Assembly: GCF_000969645.2 (NCBI RefSeq)
Contig: NZ_CP014222.1
Coordinates: forward strand, 1,399,813-1,431,812
Reading direction: 5' to 3'
Length of the DNA stretch: 32,000 nucleotides
DNA from: Janthinobacterium sp. B9-8
GTDB lineage: Bacteria; Pseudomonadota; Gammaproteobacteria; Burkholderiales; Chitinibacteraceae
Shown: positions 1 to 8,513 of the stretch, one piece after another
Position numbering within the stretch: the stretch's first letter is position 1
How the letters are laid out: the number at the start of each line of letters is the position of its first letter
The notes under the pieces: generated by a model
What the model saw: the letters and a program-made list of their open reading frames with translations, nothing else
Databases searched by the model: none
Told to the model about the DNA's origin: nothing
Made by a program: the position numbers and the translations under genes

Positions 1-1107
1 GATGAGCGTGATCTGGTGCTAGTGGGGTATATCGCGTTTCTGGATCCGCCCAAAGAAAGCACAGCGCCTGCGCTTAAAGCACTCAAGGCCAATGGCATTA
101 CTGTAAAAGTACTTACGGGCGACAATGATTTGGTTACACTAAAAGTCTGCAAAGAAGTTGGCTTGCAGGTGGGTAGTGTATTGCTTGGGCCACAAATTGA
201 AGCGATGAGCGACCAGCTACTCGCTGCAAAAGCCGAAACAACCACGGTGTTTGCCAAGCTCACGCCGCTACATAAAGAGCGCATTGTGCGTTTGCTTCGT
301 GGCAACGGCCATGTGGTCGGCTTTATGGGCGACGGGATTAATGATGCACCGGCATTGCGTGCGGCAGATATTGGTATTTCAGTTGATTCGGCAGTAGATA
401 TTGCTAAAGAAGCGGCCGATATTATTCTGCTGGAAAAAAGCTTAATGGTATTGGAAGAAGGCGTAATTGAAGGCCGTAAAACCTTTGCCAATATGCTGAA
501 ATATATCAAGATGACGGCTAGCTCTAATTTTGGCAATGTATTTTCGGTATTGATTGCCTCGGCATTTATTCCATTTCTGCCAATGCTGCCCCTGCATTTA
601 TTGATTCAAAACTTGCTTTACGATATCTCTCAAACCACCATTCCTTTTGATAATGTGGATAAAGAATCGCTGAGCAAGCCACAAAAATGGAATCCTGATG
701 AATTAGGTCGCTTTATGATTTTCTTTGGCCCGATTAGCTCGATCTTTGATATCACTACTTTTGCCGTAATGTGGTATGTTTTCAAGGCCAATACCGAATC
801 GGCACAGTCTTTGTTTCAATCCGGCTGGTTTATTGAAGGCTTATTGTCACAAACACTGGTGGTGCATTTATTGCGTACGCGTAAATTGCCCTTTATTCAA
901 AGCCGTGCAGCATGGCCTTTATTGGCCATGACAGCACTCATTATCAGCATCGGCATCTTTTTGCCAATGGGGCCATGGGCGCATTACTTTAAGTTGCAGG
1001 TATTGCCTCTGACATACTTCCCTTGGTTAATGGGGATTTTGCTGTGCTATATCACGCTCACGCAAATCATGAAGGGTATTTACGCAAGGCGTTATGGCTG
1101 GCAGTAA
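1..1107 (+). CDS. mgtA: Mg2+-importing P-type ATPase, C-terminal part (5' end lies outside the window)
   Basis: Frame 1 is open from base 1 (DERDLVLVGYIAFLDPPKE...). The M at position 16 in the track is a GTG artefact. P-type hinge motif MGDGINDAPALRAADIGISV plus C-terminal TM helices. Followed by mgtC. Confidence 0.9.
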   Translation, partial: DERDLVLVGYIAFLDPPKESTAPALKALKANGITVKVLTGDNDLVTLKVCKEVGLQVGSVLLGPQIEAMSDQLLAAKAETTTVFAKLTPLHKERIVRLLRGNGHVVGFMGDGINDAPALRAADIGISVDSAVDIAKEAADIILLEKSLMVLEEGVIEGRKTFANMLKYIKMTASSNFGNVFSVLIASAFIPFLPMLPLHLLIQNLLYDISQTTIPFDNVDKESLSKPQKWNPDELGRFMIFFGPISSIFDITTFAVMWYVFKANTESAQSLFQSGWFIEGLLSQTLVVHLLRTRKLPFIQSRAAWPLLAMTALIISIGIFLPMGPWAHYFKLQVLPLTYFPWLMGILLCYITLTQIMKGIYARRYGWQ

Positions 1108-1171
1108 TTTTTAAATTAAATAAGGGCAAGAAAATGCCTGCCCTTATTAATCCACCTTAAAGGAGGCACGC

Positions 1172-1888
1172 ATGCACTTTTCGCAAGGATTTGATCTTAA
1201 TCTATTATTTAATTCCTTTATCAATCTGAGTACGGCTTTTATTCTTGGCTCAATTATTGGCTACGAGCGGCAATACCGGCAGCGCACGGCAGGTTTGCGT
1301 ACCAATACCCTAGTTTCACTGGCGGCGGCTGTGTTTGTGGGGCTTGCTTATCGCTTGAACGGCCCGGGTAGCGCGGCACATGTCGCGGCCTATGTGGTTT
1401 CTGGTGTCGGCTTTTTAGGTGCAGGCACCATTATGAAAGAAGGCCTGAATGTGCGTGGCCTTAACACGGCAGCCACCCTTTGGGGCTCTGCGGCGGTGGG
1501 GGCCTGCGCAGGAGCGGGCATGATTGTGGATGCGCTGATGGCGGCGGTGTTTGTATTGGCGGCTAATACTTTATTGCGCCCGGTGGTCAACGCGATTAAT
1601 CGCACGCCGATTAATGATCAAACAGGTGAAGTGAGTTATCAGATTTGTATGATTGTGGATGGCGGCAGGCAAAAGCATGCTTTAAGTGCTTTGGAATCTT
1701 TATTGGAGCAAGCCCAATATCCCTTGGGTGATTTGGACGTAGAGCCTTTTGGTGATGAGGATGTGGAAATCACGGCGACCCTGCTGTCTACTTCGGTGGA
1801 CTCAGGCAAGCTTGATGCCTTGATCGCTCAAATGACGAAGCGCCCTTATGTAAAACAAGTTTTCTGGAATCTATCAGCGGCAGAATAA
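1172..1888 (+). CDS. mgtC: MgtC/SapB family membrane protein with a C-terminal soluble domain
   Basis: ATG preceded by AAGGAGG. The hydrophobic N-terminal half (GYERQYRQRTAGLRTNTLV..) is typical of the MgtC family. Sits directly downstream of mgtA. Confidence 0.85.
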   Translation: MHFSQGFDLNLLFNSFINLSTAFILGSIIGYERQYRQRTAGLRTNTLVSLAAAVFVGLAYRLNGPGSAAHVAAYVVSGVGFLGAGTIMKEGLNVRGLNTAATLWGSAAVGACAGAGMIVDALMAAVFVLAANTLLRPVVNAINRTPINDQTGEVSYQICMIVDGGRQKHALSALESLLEQAQYPLGDLDVEPFGDEDVEITATLLSTSVDSGKLDALIAQMTKRPYVKQVFWNLSAAE

Positions 1889-1902
1889 GCAAACCCGCAG
1901 GC

Positions 1903-1937
1903 AAAAACAAACCCCATGCTCGATGGGGTTTGTTTTT
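1903..1937. terminator. Bidirectional rho-independent terminator between convergent mgtC and adhE
   Basis: AAAAACAAACCCCAT-gctcg-ATGGGGTTTGTTTTT: a perfect 15-bp stem flanked by A and T runs. Confidence 0.75.
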
Positions 1938-1946
1938 ATCAGAAGC

Positions 1947-4577
1947 TTATTTTGCTTCGATGACTTCTTCACGCAAATGGCTTTCTACATAGTTGCGGCC
2001 GTAGTAGCTATCTAGCAAGAGTTGTCTTAATTCTGAAATCAATGGGTAGCGCGGATTGGCACCAGTACATTGATCGTCAAACGCTTCTTCAGCCAGTTGG
2101 TCTACTTTAGAGAGGAACAGCGCTTCAGGCACGCCTGCTTCTTTGATCGAGGCAGGGATTTGAATCGTTGTTTTCAGCTCTTCAATCCAAGCAATCAAGT
2201 TCACCACTTTTTGCTCATCGTTCTTGCCGCCAAGGCCCAAATGCTCGGCAATATCAGCATAACGGCAACGCGCTTGCGGTCTATCGTATTGGCTAAATGC
2301 AGTTTGCTTGGTCGGGATATCTGCCGAATTAAAACGAATCACGTTAGAAATTAGCAAGGCGTTCGCAAGACCGTGCGCAAGGTGGAATTCAGCGCCCAGC
2401 TTGTGCGCCATGGAGTGACAAACCCCCAAGAATGCATTGGCAAATGCAATACCGGCGATGGTTGATGCGTTGTGCACCAATTCACGCGCTTTAGGATCTT
2501 TCGCGCCATTAAGGAAGGACGAAGGCAAGTTTTCTTTAAGCAATTTCAGTGCTTGCAAAGCTTGCGGGTCAGAATATTCATTCGCCAGTACCGATACATA
2601 CGCTTCTAAAGCGTGCGTTACCGCATCAATCCCACCGAATGCAGTCAGGCTTTTTGGCATATTCATCACTAAATCGGCATCAATAATCGCCATATTCGGT
2701 GTGAGTTCATAGTCGGCAATCGGGTATTTCATGCCGGTTTTTTCATCGGTCACTACCGCAAATGGGGTAACTTCCGAGCCTGTGCCAGATGTGGTTGGAA
2801 TCGCAACTAATTCAGCTTTAATCCCCATCTTAGGGAACTTGTAAATACGCTTAGTGATATCCATAAAGCGCAGTGCAAGGTCTTCAAAGTGGACTTCTGG
2901 ATGTTCGTACATTACCCACATAATCTTAGCGGCATCCATTGGCGAACCACCACCCAGCGCAACAATCACGTCAGGTTTGAACAGATTTAAGGAATGCACG
3001 CCTTTACGAACTACTTCTAGCGTTGGATCGGCTTCAACTTCGTGGAACACTTCGACTTCCATACCCATTTGTTTCAGCACTTTGATGGTTTCATCGCAGT
3101 AGCCATTGGCAAATAGATAAGGGCCAGTCACGATGGTTGCGCGTTTCTTGTTAGCAAGGTCAGCCAAGGCAAATGGTAAGCAACCACGACGGAAATAGAT
3201 GTTCTTAGGAAGTTTATGCCACAACATGTTTTCAGCCCGTTTAGCAACCGTTTTAGTGTTGATCAGGTGTTTTGGACCCACGTTTTCAGAGATTGAATTA
3301 CCGCCCCATGAACCACAACCCAGCGTTAAGGACGGAGCCAATTTAAAGTTGTAAAGGTCGCCAATCCCGCCTTGTGAAGCAGGGGAGTTGATCAAGATGC
3401 GCGCGGTTTTCATCTTGTCGCCAAAGTAGGCGATTTTTTCGTGTTGCTGATCCTGGTCGATATATAGCGCAGAGGTGTGGCCAATCCCGCCGAGAGCAAC
3501 CAAGGCTTCAGCCTTAGTTACAGCGTCGTAAAAGTCTTTAGCGCGATACATGGCCAATGTTGGCGATAGTTTTTCGTGAGCAAAAGCTTCTTCTTCACCA
3601 GTAGATGACACTTCAGCGATCAGAATCTTTGTGTAACTAGGCACTTTAATGCCAGCCATATCAGCGATCTTCACCGCAGCTTGGCCAACAACGCCCGCAT
3701 TTAAGTTGCCGTCAATCAAGATCACCTTACGTACGGCTTCGGTTTCTTTCTTGCTTAAGATATGGGCGCCGCTTTGAGCAAAACGGGCTTTCATAGATTC
3801 ATAGATGCTGTCAACTACGATGACGGACTGCTCTGAAGCGCAAACTACACCGTTATCAAATGTTTTTGACATCAAAATAGAGGCAACAGCGCGTTTAACA
3901 TCAGCAGTTTCATCGACTACAACTGGCGTATTACCTGCGCCCACACCAATTGCAGGCTTGCCTGAAGAGTAGGCGGCACGAACCATGCCAGGGCCACCAG
4001 TGGCCAAAATCAAATTAATGTCTTTGTGTTTCATGAGCTGATTAGAAAGCTCAACGGTTGGCTGATCAATCCAGCCAATAATATCGCGCGGCGCACCAGC
4101 GGCAACGGCGGCATCCAATACGATACGGGCGGCTTCACAGGTGGAGTTCTTAGCACGTGGATGTGGGCTAAAAACAATACCATTACGTGTTTTAAGTGCA
4201 ATCAGCGCTTTAAAAATCGCTGTGGAAGTAGGGTTGGTCGTTGGCACAATCCCGCAGATAATTCCGATTGGCTCAGCAATGGTGATAATGCCGTAGGCGT
4301 CATCTTGCGTCAAAATGCCGCAGGTTTTTTCATCTTTGTACGCGTTATAAATATATTCAGAAGCAAAGTGATTTTTGATCACTTTATCTTCAAGCACGCC
4401 CATGCCTGTTTCAGCAACAGCCAACTTAGCCAGCGGCAAACGTGCATCAGCCGCAGCCAGCGCCGCAGCGCGGAAAATCTTGTCTACTTGTTCTTGTGTA
4501 TAAGTTGCAAAAAGTAGCTGTGCTTTTTTAACCCGCGCCATCAGCGCATCGAGTTCTTGAATGTTAGAAACAGTCAT
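1947..4577 (-). CDS. adhE: Bifunctional acetaldehyde-CoA / alcohol dehydrogenase
   Basis: About 876-aa product with an N-terminal aldehyde dehydrogenase half and a C-terminal iron-type ADH half (GGGSPMDAAK). Start placed at internal ATG 4577 (MTVSNIQELDALM), which has a GGAG 8 nt upstream. The track ORF extends 14 codons further. Confidence 0.93.
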   Translation of the reverse strand: MTVSNIQELDALMARVKKAQLLFATYTQEQVDKIFRAAALAAADARLPLAKLAVAETGMGVLEDKVIKNHFASEYIYNAYKDEKTCGILTQDDAYGIITIAEPIGIICGIVPTTNPTSTAIFKALIALKTRNGIVFSPHPRAKNSTCEAARIVLDAAVAAGAPRDIIGWIDQPTVELSNQLMKHKDINLILATGGPGMVRAAYSSGKPAIGVGAGNTPVVVDETADVKRAVASILMSKTFDNGVVCASEQSVIVVDSIYESMKARFAQSGAHILSKKETEAVRKVILIDGNLNAGVVGQAAVKIADMAGIKVPSYTKILIAEVSSTGEEEAFAHEKLSPTLAMYRAKDFYDAVTKAEALVALGGIGHTSALYIDQDQQHEKIAYFGDKMKTARILINSPASQGGIGDLYNFKLAPSLTLGCGSWGGNSISENVGPKHLINTKTVAKRAENMLWHKLPKNIYFRRGCLPFALADLANKKRATIVTGPYLFANGYCDETIKVLKQMGMEVEVFHEVEADPTLEVVRKGVHSLNLFKPDVIVALGGGSPMDAAKIMWVMYEHPEVHFEDLALRFMDITKRIYKFPKMGIKAELVAIPTTSGTGSEVTPFAVVTDEKTGMKYPIADYELTPNMAIIDADLVMNMPKSLTAFGGIDAVTHALEAYVSVLANEYSDPQALQALKLLKENLPSSFLNGAKDPKARELVHNASTIAGIAFANAFLGVCHSMAHKLGAEFHLAHGLANALLISNVIRFNSADIPTKQTAFSQYDRPQARCRYADIAEHLGLGGKNDEQKVVNLIAWIEELKTTIQIPASIKEAGVPEALFLSKVDQLAEEAFDDQCTGANPRYPLISELRQLLLDSYYGRNYVESHLREEVIEAK

Positions 4578-4704
4578 TTTTAATCTCCAGAGAAACTTTA
4601 TAAACGGCTTTGAAATCACAACTTAAATAAGACTCGTAAGCCTTGTTACTGATTCACGCTGCAAAGCGAATACCCACAGAATATACCCAGCAGCCCAAGG
4701 ACCC

Positions 4705-4718
4705 TTGATTAATATCAA
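4705..4718. promoter_or_regulatory. Perfect FNR/ANR-type box TTGAT-TAAT-ATCAA upstream of adhE
   Basis: Exact match to the TTGAT-N4-ATCAA consensus, about 134 bp upstream of the adhE ATG. adhE is classically induced under anaerobiosis. Confidence 0.5.
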
Positions 4719-4741
4719 ATTGCGTTTGATTGACTCATATT

Positions 4742-4769
4742 ACTTCGCATAATGTATATTATGTCAAGT
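4742..4769 (+). other. dif-like XerC/XerD recombination site A (host XerC arm; probably the active dif / attL)
   Basis: ACTTCGCATAA-TGTATA-TTATGTCAAGT versus E. coli dif GGTGCGCATAA-TGTATA-TTATGTTAAAT. XerC arm 8/11, central region 6/6, XerD arm 9/11. Confidence 0.8.
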
Positions 4770-4885
4770 TGATGCTTACTATTTCCCCGATCTCCCCATC
4801 TCTAAAATCCCCGTAAAATCAAGCTTTTTTCGTAATAAAACTACGTACTCGTAACGGTTTGTAAATTCTAAAAATAGTTGATTTT

Positions 4886-5392
4886 ATGCTCAAAAAACGT
4901 CTGCAAAAAGATACAAACTTCAAACTTCATATTGAACAAGCACGCATCAAAAGCCGCGCCTTGCAGCTTTCCTTCTCTCCGCCCACCGTCACAGACGCTG
5001 ATCTTGTCTATTATTCTACCTTCATAATGGGCTTTGAGTGCTTCAATCAGACAGACCGCGCCAGCCGCTTCCTACAAGCCAGATACTACCGTAACGAGCT
5101 AAATCAATACGTCGCTAAGGGCCAATGGCCCAAACCAAGACAGCGCCTTGATTTGCTGCCTTGGTTTGCTTTGGCCTTCCCAGATTTTCCTTTGCCGGTC
5201 TCTGTGCCTAAAATCAGAGTGCCCCAGCTGCTCGCACTAGACACCAGTTATGAAGAGCGCGTTTTATTCGCTAATTCGCTGGAACTCATCCGCAAAACCC
5301 TTAGAAAAGCCGAACTCAAACGCCTACGCCTGCTGAAAAAGAAAAAAGCGGCCAAAGCCGCTTCAAATCCTGATCCAGAGCCAGACGCCTAA
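4886..5392 (+). CDS. Hypothetical protein with a Lys-rich C-terminus; att-proximal gene of element 1
   Basis: 168-aa ORF with an ATG start, 117 bp after site A. No motif recognised. Converges with and overlaps the 5389-5577 gene by 4 nt. Confidence 0.5.
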   Translation: MLKKRLQKDTNFKLHIEQARIKSRALQLSFSPPTVTDADLVYYSTFIMGFECFNQTDRASRFLQARYYRNELNQYVAKGQWPKPRQRLDLLPWFALAFPDFPLPVSVPKIRVPQLLALDTSYEERVLFANSLELIRKTLRKAELKRLRLLKKKKAAKAASNPDPEPDA

Positions 5393-5577
5393 AGATTCCA
5401 CGTAGGCGGCCCGTTCGTTTCCTTAATCCAACCCGTTCGACCTGGAGGCGCATTTTGCGCCGTTTTTGGTGCCAGATTTGGCCCCTTCATCCCCTTGACC
5501 TTTTCATAAATCATCATCGCCGCTACGCCCGCAATGGCCGCAAGTACTACGCCCTTGACGTCGTTCTTGCTCATCAT
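5389..5577 (-). CDS. Small single-TM membrane protein (last gene of a lysis-like cluster)
   Basis: ATGATG start overlaps the upstream stop (ATGA coupling). TM segment VVLAAIAGVAAMMIY. Confidence 0.45.
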   Translation of the reverse strand: MMSKNDVKGVVLAAIAGVAAMMIYEKVKGMKGPNLAPKTAQNAPPGRTGWIKETNGPPTWNL

Positions 5578-5792
5578 TGCGCGGCTGCTTTTCGTTCAGG
5601 AAGAAAGACGCCCAGCAAAGCGGCCACCACAGGCCCAGCGACCCCCACAGATGACATTAAGGCTGGATCAACATGCGCCAGCGCACCCAAAGCGGCCACG
5701 CCTGCCCATGTTGACGGCTCCTTCAGTCTTTCAAATAGATATTTAAGCTTTTTCAATGTATTCCCCTTTTTTGTGACTTTAGAAAATGTCAT
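5574..5792 (-). CDS. Small holin-like membrane protein
   Basis: Internal ATG at 5792 overlaps the stop of the upstream gene. MTFSKVTKKGN..LKEPSTWAGVAALGALA followed by a second hydrophobic segment. The EPSTW(A/R)G motif is recalled from small phage membrane proteins. Confidence 0.5.
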   Translation of the reverse strand: MTFSKVTKKGNTLKKLKYLFERLKEPSTWAGVAALGALAHVDPALMSSVGVAGPVVAALLGVFLPERKAAAQ

Positions 5793-6192
5793 ACCAATGT
5801 TTAATGGGCGCTTTGCCCTTGTTTTGCCGGTAATCCTTAACCGCATTACCCGCCGCGTAGGCCTTGCCAGCAGCCCACAACCCCACAACCGGCATACCGT
5901 CCAAATCTTGAATCAAGTCATAAGGCATGTAGGACATGCAGAGCTTTTCCTCCTCTGCGCCCACCGGAATCACGCCGGTTAATGCCTTTACATTCATCAA
6001 AAATTGCACTTTGTAGCTGTCGATAATTTCTTTTTTCTTTGCCGTATCGAGCTGCTTAATCTTCTCGGGCAGCTTCGCCACTACATCAACCGCCCCGCCC
6101 ACCGCGTCACTAATCTTGCGGCCTGCTAAATAAAGCAACAACGCCGCGCCGCCAGCTATCCAGAGCATTTGCTTATCCGTTAATATCGCCAT
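5779..6192 (-). CDS. N-terminally membrane-anchored hypothetical protein
   Basis: ATG with AAGGG 6 nt upstream. TM segment MLWIAGGAALLLYLAG. Coupled to the downstream small genes. Confidence 0.55.
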   Translation of the reverse strand: MAILTDKQMLWIAGGAALLLYLAGRKISDAVGGAVDVVAKLPEKIKQLDTAKKKEIIDSYKVQFLMNVKALTGVIPVGAEEEKLCMSYMPYDLIQDLDGMPVVGLWAAGKAYAAGNAVKDYRQNKGKAPIKHWYDIF

Positions 6193-6225
6193 GTATGCCC
6201 TTAACCCGCCTTTTTAGGTGCTGTA

Positions 6226-6555
6226 ATGAAAATTATCTTATTTTTGTCCCTAGTCACTTTTAATGCATTGGCTTTTTCATCCTCTTTTGAGTCCTACGGA
6301 GCAAGAGAGGATTACGGCCCTGATGTTGCCGAGTGCCGTAAAATCAGCTTTACAATTGATCGCGATGAATGCCTGTTCAAAATCATCAATGAAAAACAAA
6401 AAAACCAGCCCATCACAAAAAGTAAAGCCGACTTCTCTTACTGCCAAAAGCTGGGCATGTCCTATCAAAAAAGAGAAAAAATCGTGTCTAGCTCAAGCAT
6501 CGGCACGGGCATTGCCTTGTGCATACTTGATAAAACGGGCACTAGTCGAGACTAA
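6226..6555 (+). CDS. Secreted small Cys-containing protein (moron-like, opposite strand, AT-rich)
   Basis: AGGTG 6 nt before the ATG. Clear signal peptide MKIILFLSLVTFNALAFSSS. Fills a 349-bp gap that has no credible minus-strand ORF. Confidence 0.55.
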   Translation: MKIILFLSLVTFNALAFSSSFESYGAREDYGPDVAECRKISFTIDRDECLFKIINEKQKNQPITKSKADFSYCQKLGMSYQKREKIVSSSSIGTGIALCILDKTGTSRD

Positions 6556-7186
6556 TATCAGCCATTACCTCAAGGGCATAAACTCTTTGTTCTTTTTGTG
6601 GCATTTTTTCCGGCACAAAACGGCCGCCATTTGCGGCCAAATGCTTATTAAGCGTCCCCGGCCCACAATTGTATGCAGCCACGGCCTTCGTCCAATCCCC
6701 ATATTTTCTATACAGATAGGCCAGATATACGGCTGCAGCGTCCCCCGCCTGTTTCCAATTGTATGGATCAACCTTTGTGCCTAATTGCCGAGATAATTCA
6801 ACTACGGTAATCGGGTTGATTTGGAACATGCCAGCGGCCTTGCTGCCGGTGTTGTATGCAGTTTCTTTGAATCGGCTCTCTTGGTACGCAATTCGAGAAA
6901 GTAAGTAATTCGGCAAGCCCCTGTTTCTTCCGATTTGCTCTAACTCCGTCACGTATTGATTACCGCGTCCTGAAGTAACTGATTTTTTAAAGTCCGAATT
7001 AATCAAATCAAATGCATCCTCTAAATATTCACCAGCATCACTGAGGCTGGCTTTCATAAACCCAAAAACATCCGGCAAGAAAAAGCCGCCCTCTTTCTGC
7101 GTCTCCCCTGCCTTCTGCGCTTTAGCCATCAACAGCCACAAGCCGCCCAGCCCAAGCGCGATGACTACAATGGCTTTTTTATTCAT
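6542..7186 (-). CDS. Membrane-anchored lytic transglycosylase (SLT domain)
   Basis: QESRFKETAYNTGSKAAGMFQINP and AYNCGPG motifs. N-terminal TM segment. Start at internal ATG 7186, which overlaps the upstream stop (ATGA). Confidence 0.8.
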   Translation of the reverse strand: MNKKAIVVIALGLGGLWLLMAKAQKAGETQKEGGFFLPDVFGFMKASLSDAGEYLEDAFDLINSDFKKSVTSGRGNQYVTELEQIGRNRGLPNYLLSRIAYQESRFKETAYNTGSKAAGMFQINPITVVELSRQLGTKVDPYNWKQAGDAAAVYLAYLYRKYGDWTKAVAAYNCGPGTLNKHLAANGGRFVPEKMPQKEQRVYALEVMADISLD

Positions 7187-7395
7187 TCGGGCACTACCCG
7201 CAATTCCCACGCCGAGCCAGTCCAGCAAGGCCACTTATCGCCTATCGGGGCTTGTGGTTCTATAAATGTGGCGTTAGCCGGTAGCAGATAAACCCCGTCT
7301 TCAAGGGGGGATCGCTGTGCTAAGGTTGCGCCCAAATGTTCGCCCGTCAGTGGGTCGAATGAGTGTGCGGCTTTAAAGGCGGTCTGCTTTGCCAT
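7183..7395 (-). CDS. Small protein resembling the N-terminal part of tail-fibre assembly chaperones
   Basis: The pattern LLPANATFIEPQAPIGDKWPCWTGSAWEL resembles Tfa/gpG-type proteins (P.naT..PP....g.W.f.g..W). Lies directly after the collar-domain gene. Confidence 0.4.
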   Translation of the reverse strand: MAKQTAFKAAHSFDPLTGEHLGATLAQRSPLEDGVYLLPANATFIEPQAPIGDKWPCWTGSAWELRVVPE

Positions 7396-7411
7396 TGGTT
7401 TTTCTCGCTTT

Positions 7412-7939
7412 TTAGTAATAGATGCAGGGCAGTAAGGCGACGTTGCGGGGGCGAGTTTCTGTGCCGCCGACTATTCCCATCGAAGCCGACGAGTTAGAGG
7501 GGGACGTTGCAACATCACGACCCAATGGGAACTGCAACGTTCCCGCTGCGCCCTGTGCTGCGACCATATTTCCTGAAACTTGATTTCCATCAGTAAGCAC
7601 AATTGGGTGCTTGTGAGATTGAATATCACCACCCTGCCCAGACCCCACTACCCGACCGGAATCAATGCCGCGCCCCTGATCGGCAAAACGCGGGAATTCA
7701 CCGCGTAAATCGGGTAGTGCAAACGTGGTGTTGCCATCGCCTGCGCCGTACAAAATACCGATTGCCGCAAAAAGATTTGCGTAGGCTGTGCGGCTGATTA
7801 ACGCGCCATTGCAAAGCAAAGCGCCTGCCGGTGGAGTTGCACCGGCATGTGTAAAGACTTCTCCCGCCATTTTTCGCCGTCCGTATGTATTGACCACGCC
7901 CACAGTCGATTTGTAGATACGACGTGTCAGGCGGCCCAT
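7412..7939 (-). CDS. Phage tail-collar domain protein (candidate receptor-binding spike tip)
   Basis: PPAGALLCNGALISRTAYANLFAAIGILYGAGDGNTTFALPDLRGEFPR matches the Collar-domain signature. The ATG overlaps the upstream stop as TAATG. An alternative start is M24 at 7870. Confidence 0.75.
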   Translation of the reverse strand: MGRLTRRIYKSTVGVVNTYGRRKMAGEVFTHAGATPPAGALLCNGALISRTAYANLFAAIGILYGAGDGNTTFALPDLRGEFPRFADQGRGIDSGRVVGSGQGGDIQSHKHPIVLTDGNQVSGNMVAAQGAAGTLQFPLGRDVATSPSNSSASMGIVGGTETRPRNVALLPCIYY

Positions 7940-8511
7940 TAGTAGAGAATTTCCTGAATTTTTAGCGGGGCATTTGCTGCGTCAGCAATGGCAACCCATG
8001 CCGCGCCCGCCGCTGTTTCTTCCACCCATAATTCACCCGGAGCCAATTTAATGGCGGCGTCTGTCAGGCTTAGGCCTGCGCCACCGATCCAGATGTTTGC
8101 CGTGCTGGCATTAAATAAGCGAAGCGAAGCGCGATTGATGTTCTGGCCAATCACGACGCTTTCAGCCACGCCCACCAGCAACATGGGTTTATTGAGCACA
8201 GATAGCGCGGGTGTCAGTCGGGAATCGACTTTCCCAGAGATACGGTCGTAACCGCCGCTGGAGTCGTTAGACATGGCGATTTCAACGCGACCCGCCGCAT
8301 CGGTAATGATGTCAACGCGGTCGAATTGCTCATCATCGACTTTTAGCCAATAGCCGCCGAGCACGTCTTTTGCTTCACTGACTGCGCGGTTTTGCCGGAA
8401 AAATTGAATCGTTACCGGCCCGCCGCTGGTATCCAGCAGGCGAAAGTAGCGGCCTAAATAATTGATATTCCAAGTGCCAGCCGCTTGAAATACTTGTGAC
8501 ATTGTTTGCAT
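7939..8511 (-). CDS. Putative vertex/spike base protein (P1-like position)
   Basis: 190-aa beta-rich protein between the membrane-protein block and the collar gene. The assignment rests on position only. Confidence 0.4.
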   Translation of the reverse strand: MQTMSQVFQAAGTWNINYLGRYFRLLDTSGGPVTIQFFRQNRAVSEAKDVLGGYWLKVDDEQFDRVDIITDAAGRVEIAMSNDSSGGYDRISGKVDSRLTPALSVLNKPMLLVGVAESVVIGQNINRASLRLFNASTANIWIGGAGLSLTDAAIKLAPGELWVEETAAGAAWVAIADAANAPLKIQEILY

Positions 8512-8513
8512 GA

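Noticed and set aside
1390-1605. 71-aa minus-strand ORF
   Set aside because: Antisense within mgtC, Ala/Pro-rich translation, no RBS.
2070-4517. Plus-strand ORFs of 82-163 aa (2070-2354, 2437-2712, 2854-3102, 4026-4517)
   Set aside because: They lie antisense inside the strongly supported adhE gene. Their compositions are Arg/Cys/Ser-rich and not protein-like.
5455-5982. 175-aa and 70-aa plus-strand ORFs overlapping the small minus-strand genes
   Set aside because: The translations are His/Arg/Cys-rich with no motifs. The minus-strand genes show TM segments and ATGA/overlap coupling, so the minus strand is taken as coding.
6263-6784. 173-aa plus-strand ORF and the 63/68-aa minus-strand ORFs in the same area
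   Set aside because: The 173-aa frame runs antisense into the SLT gene. The 6226-6555 frame, with its signal peptide and RBS, explains the region better.
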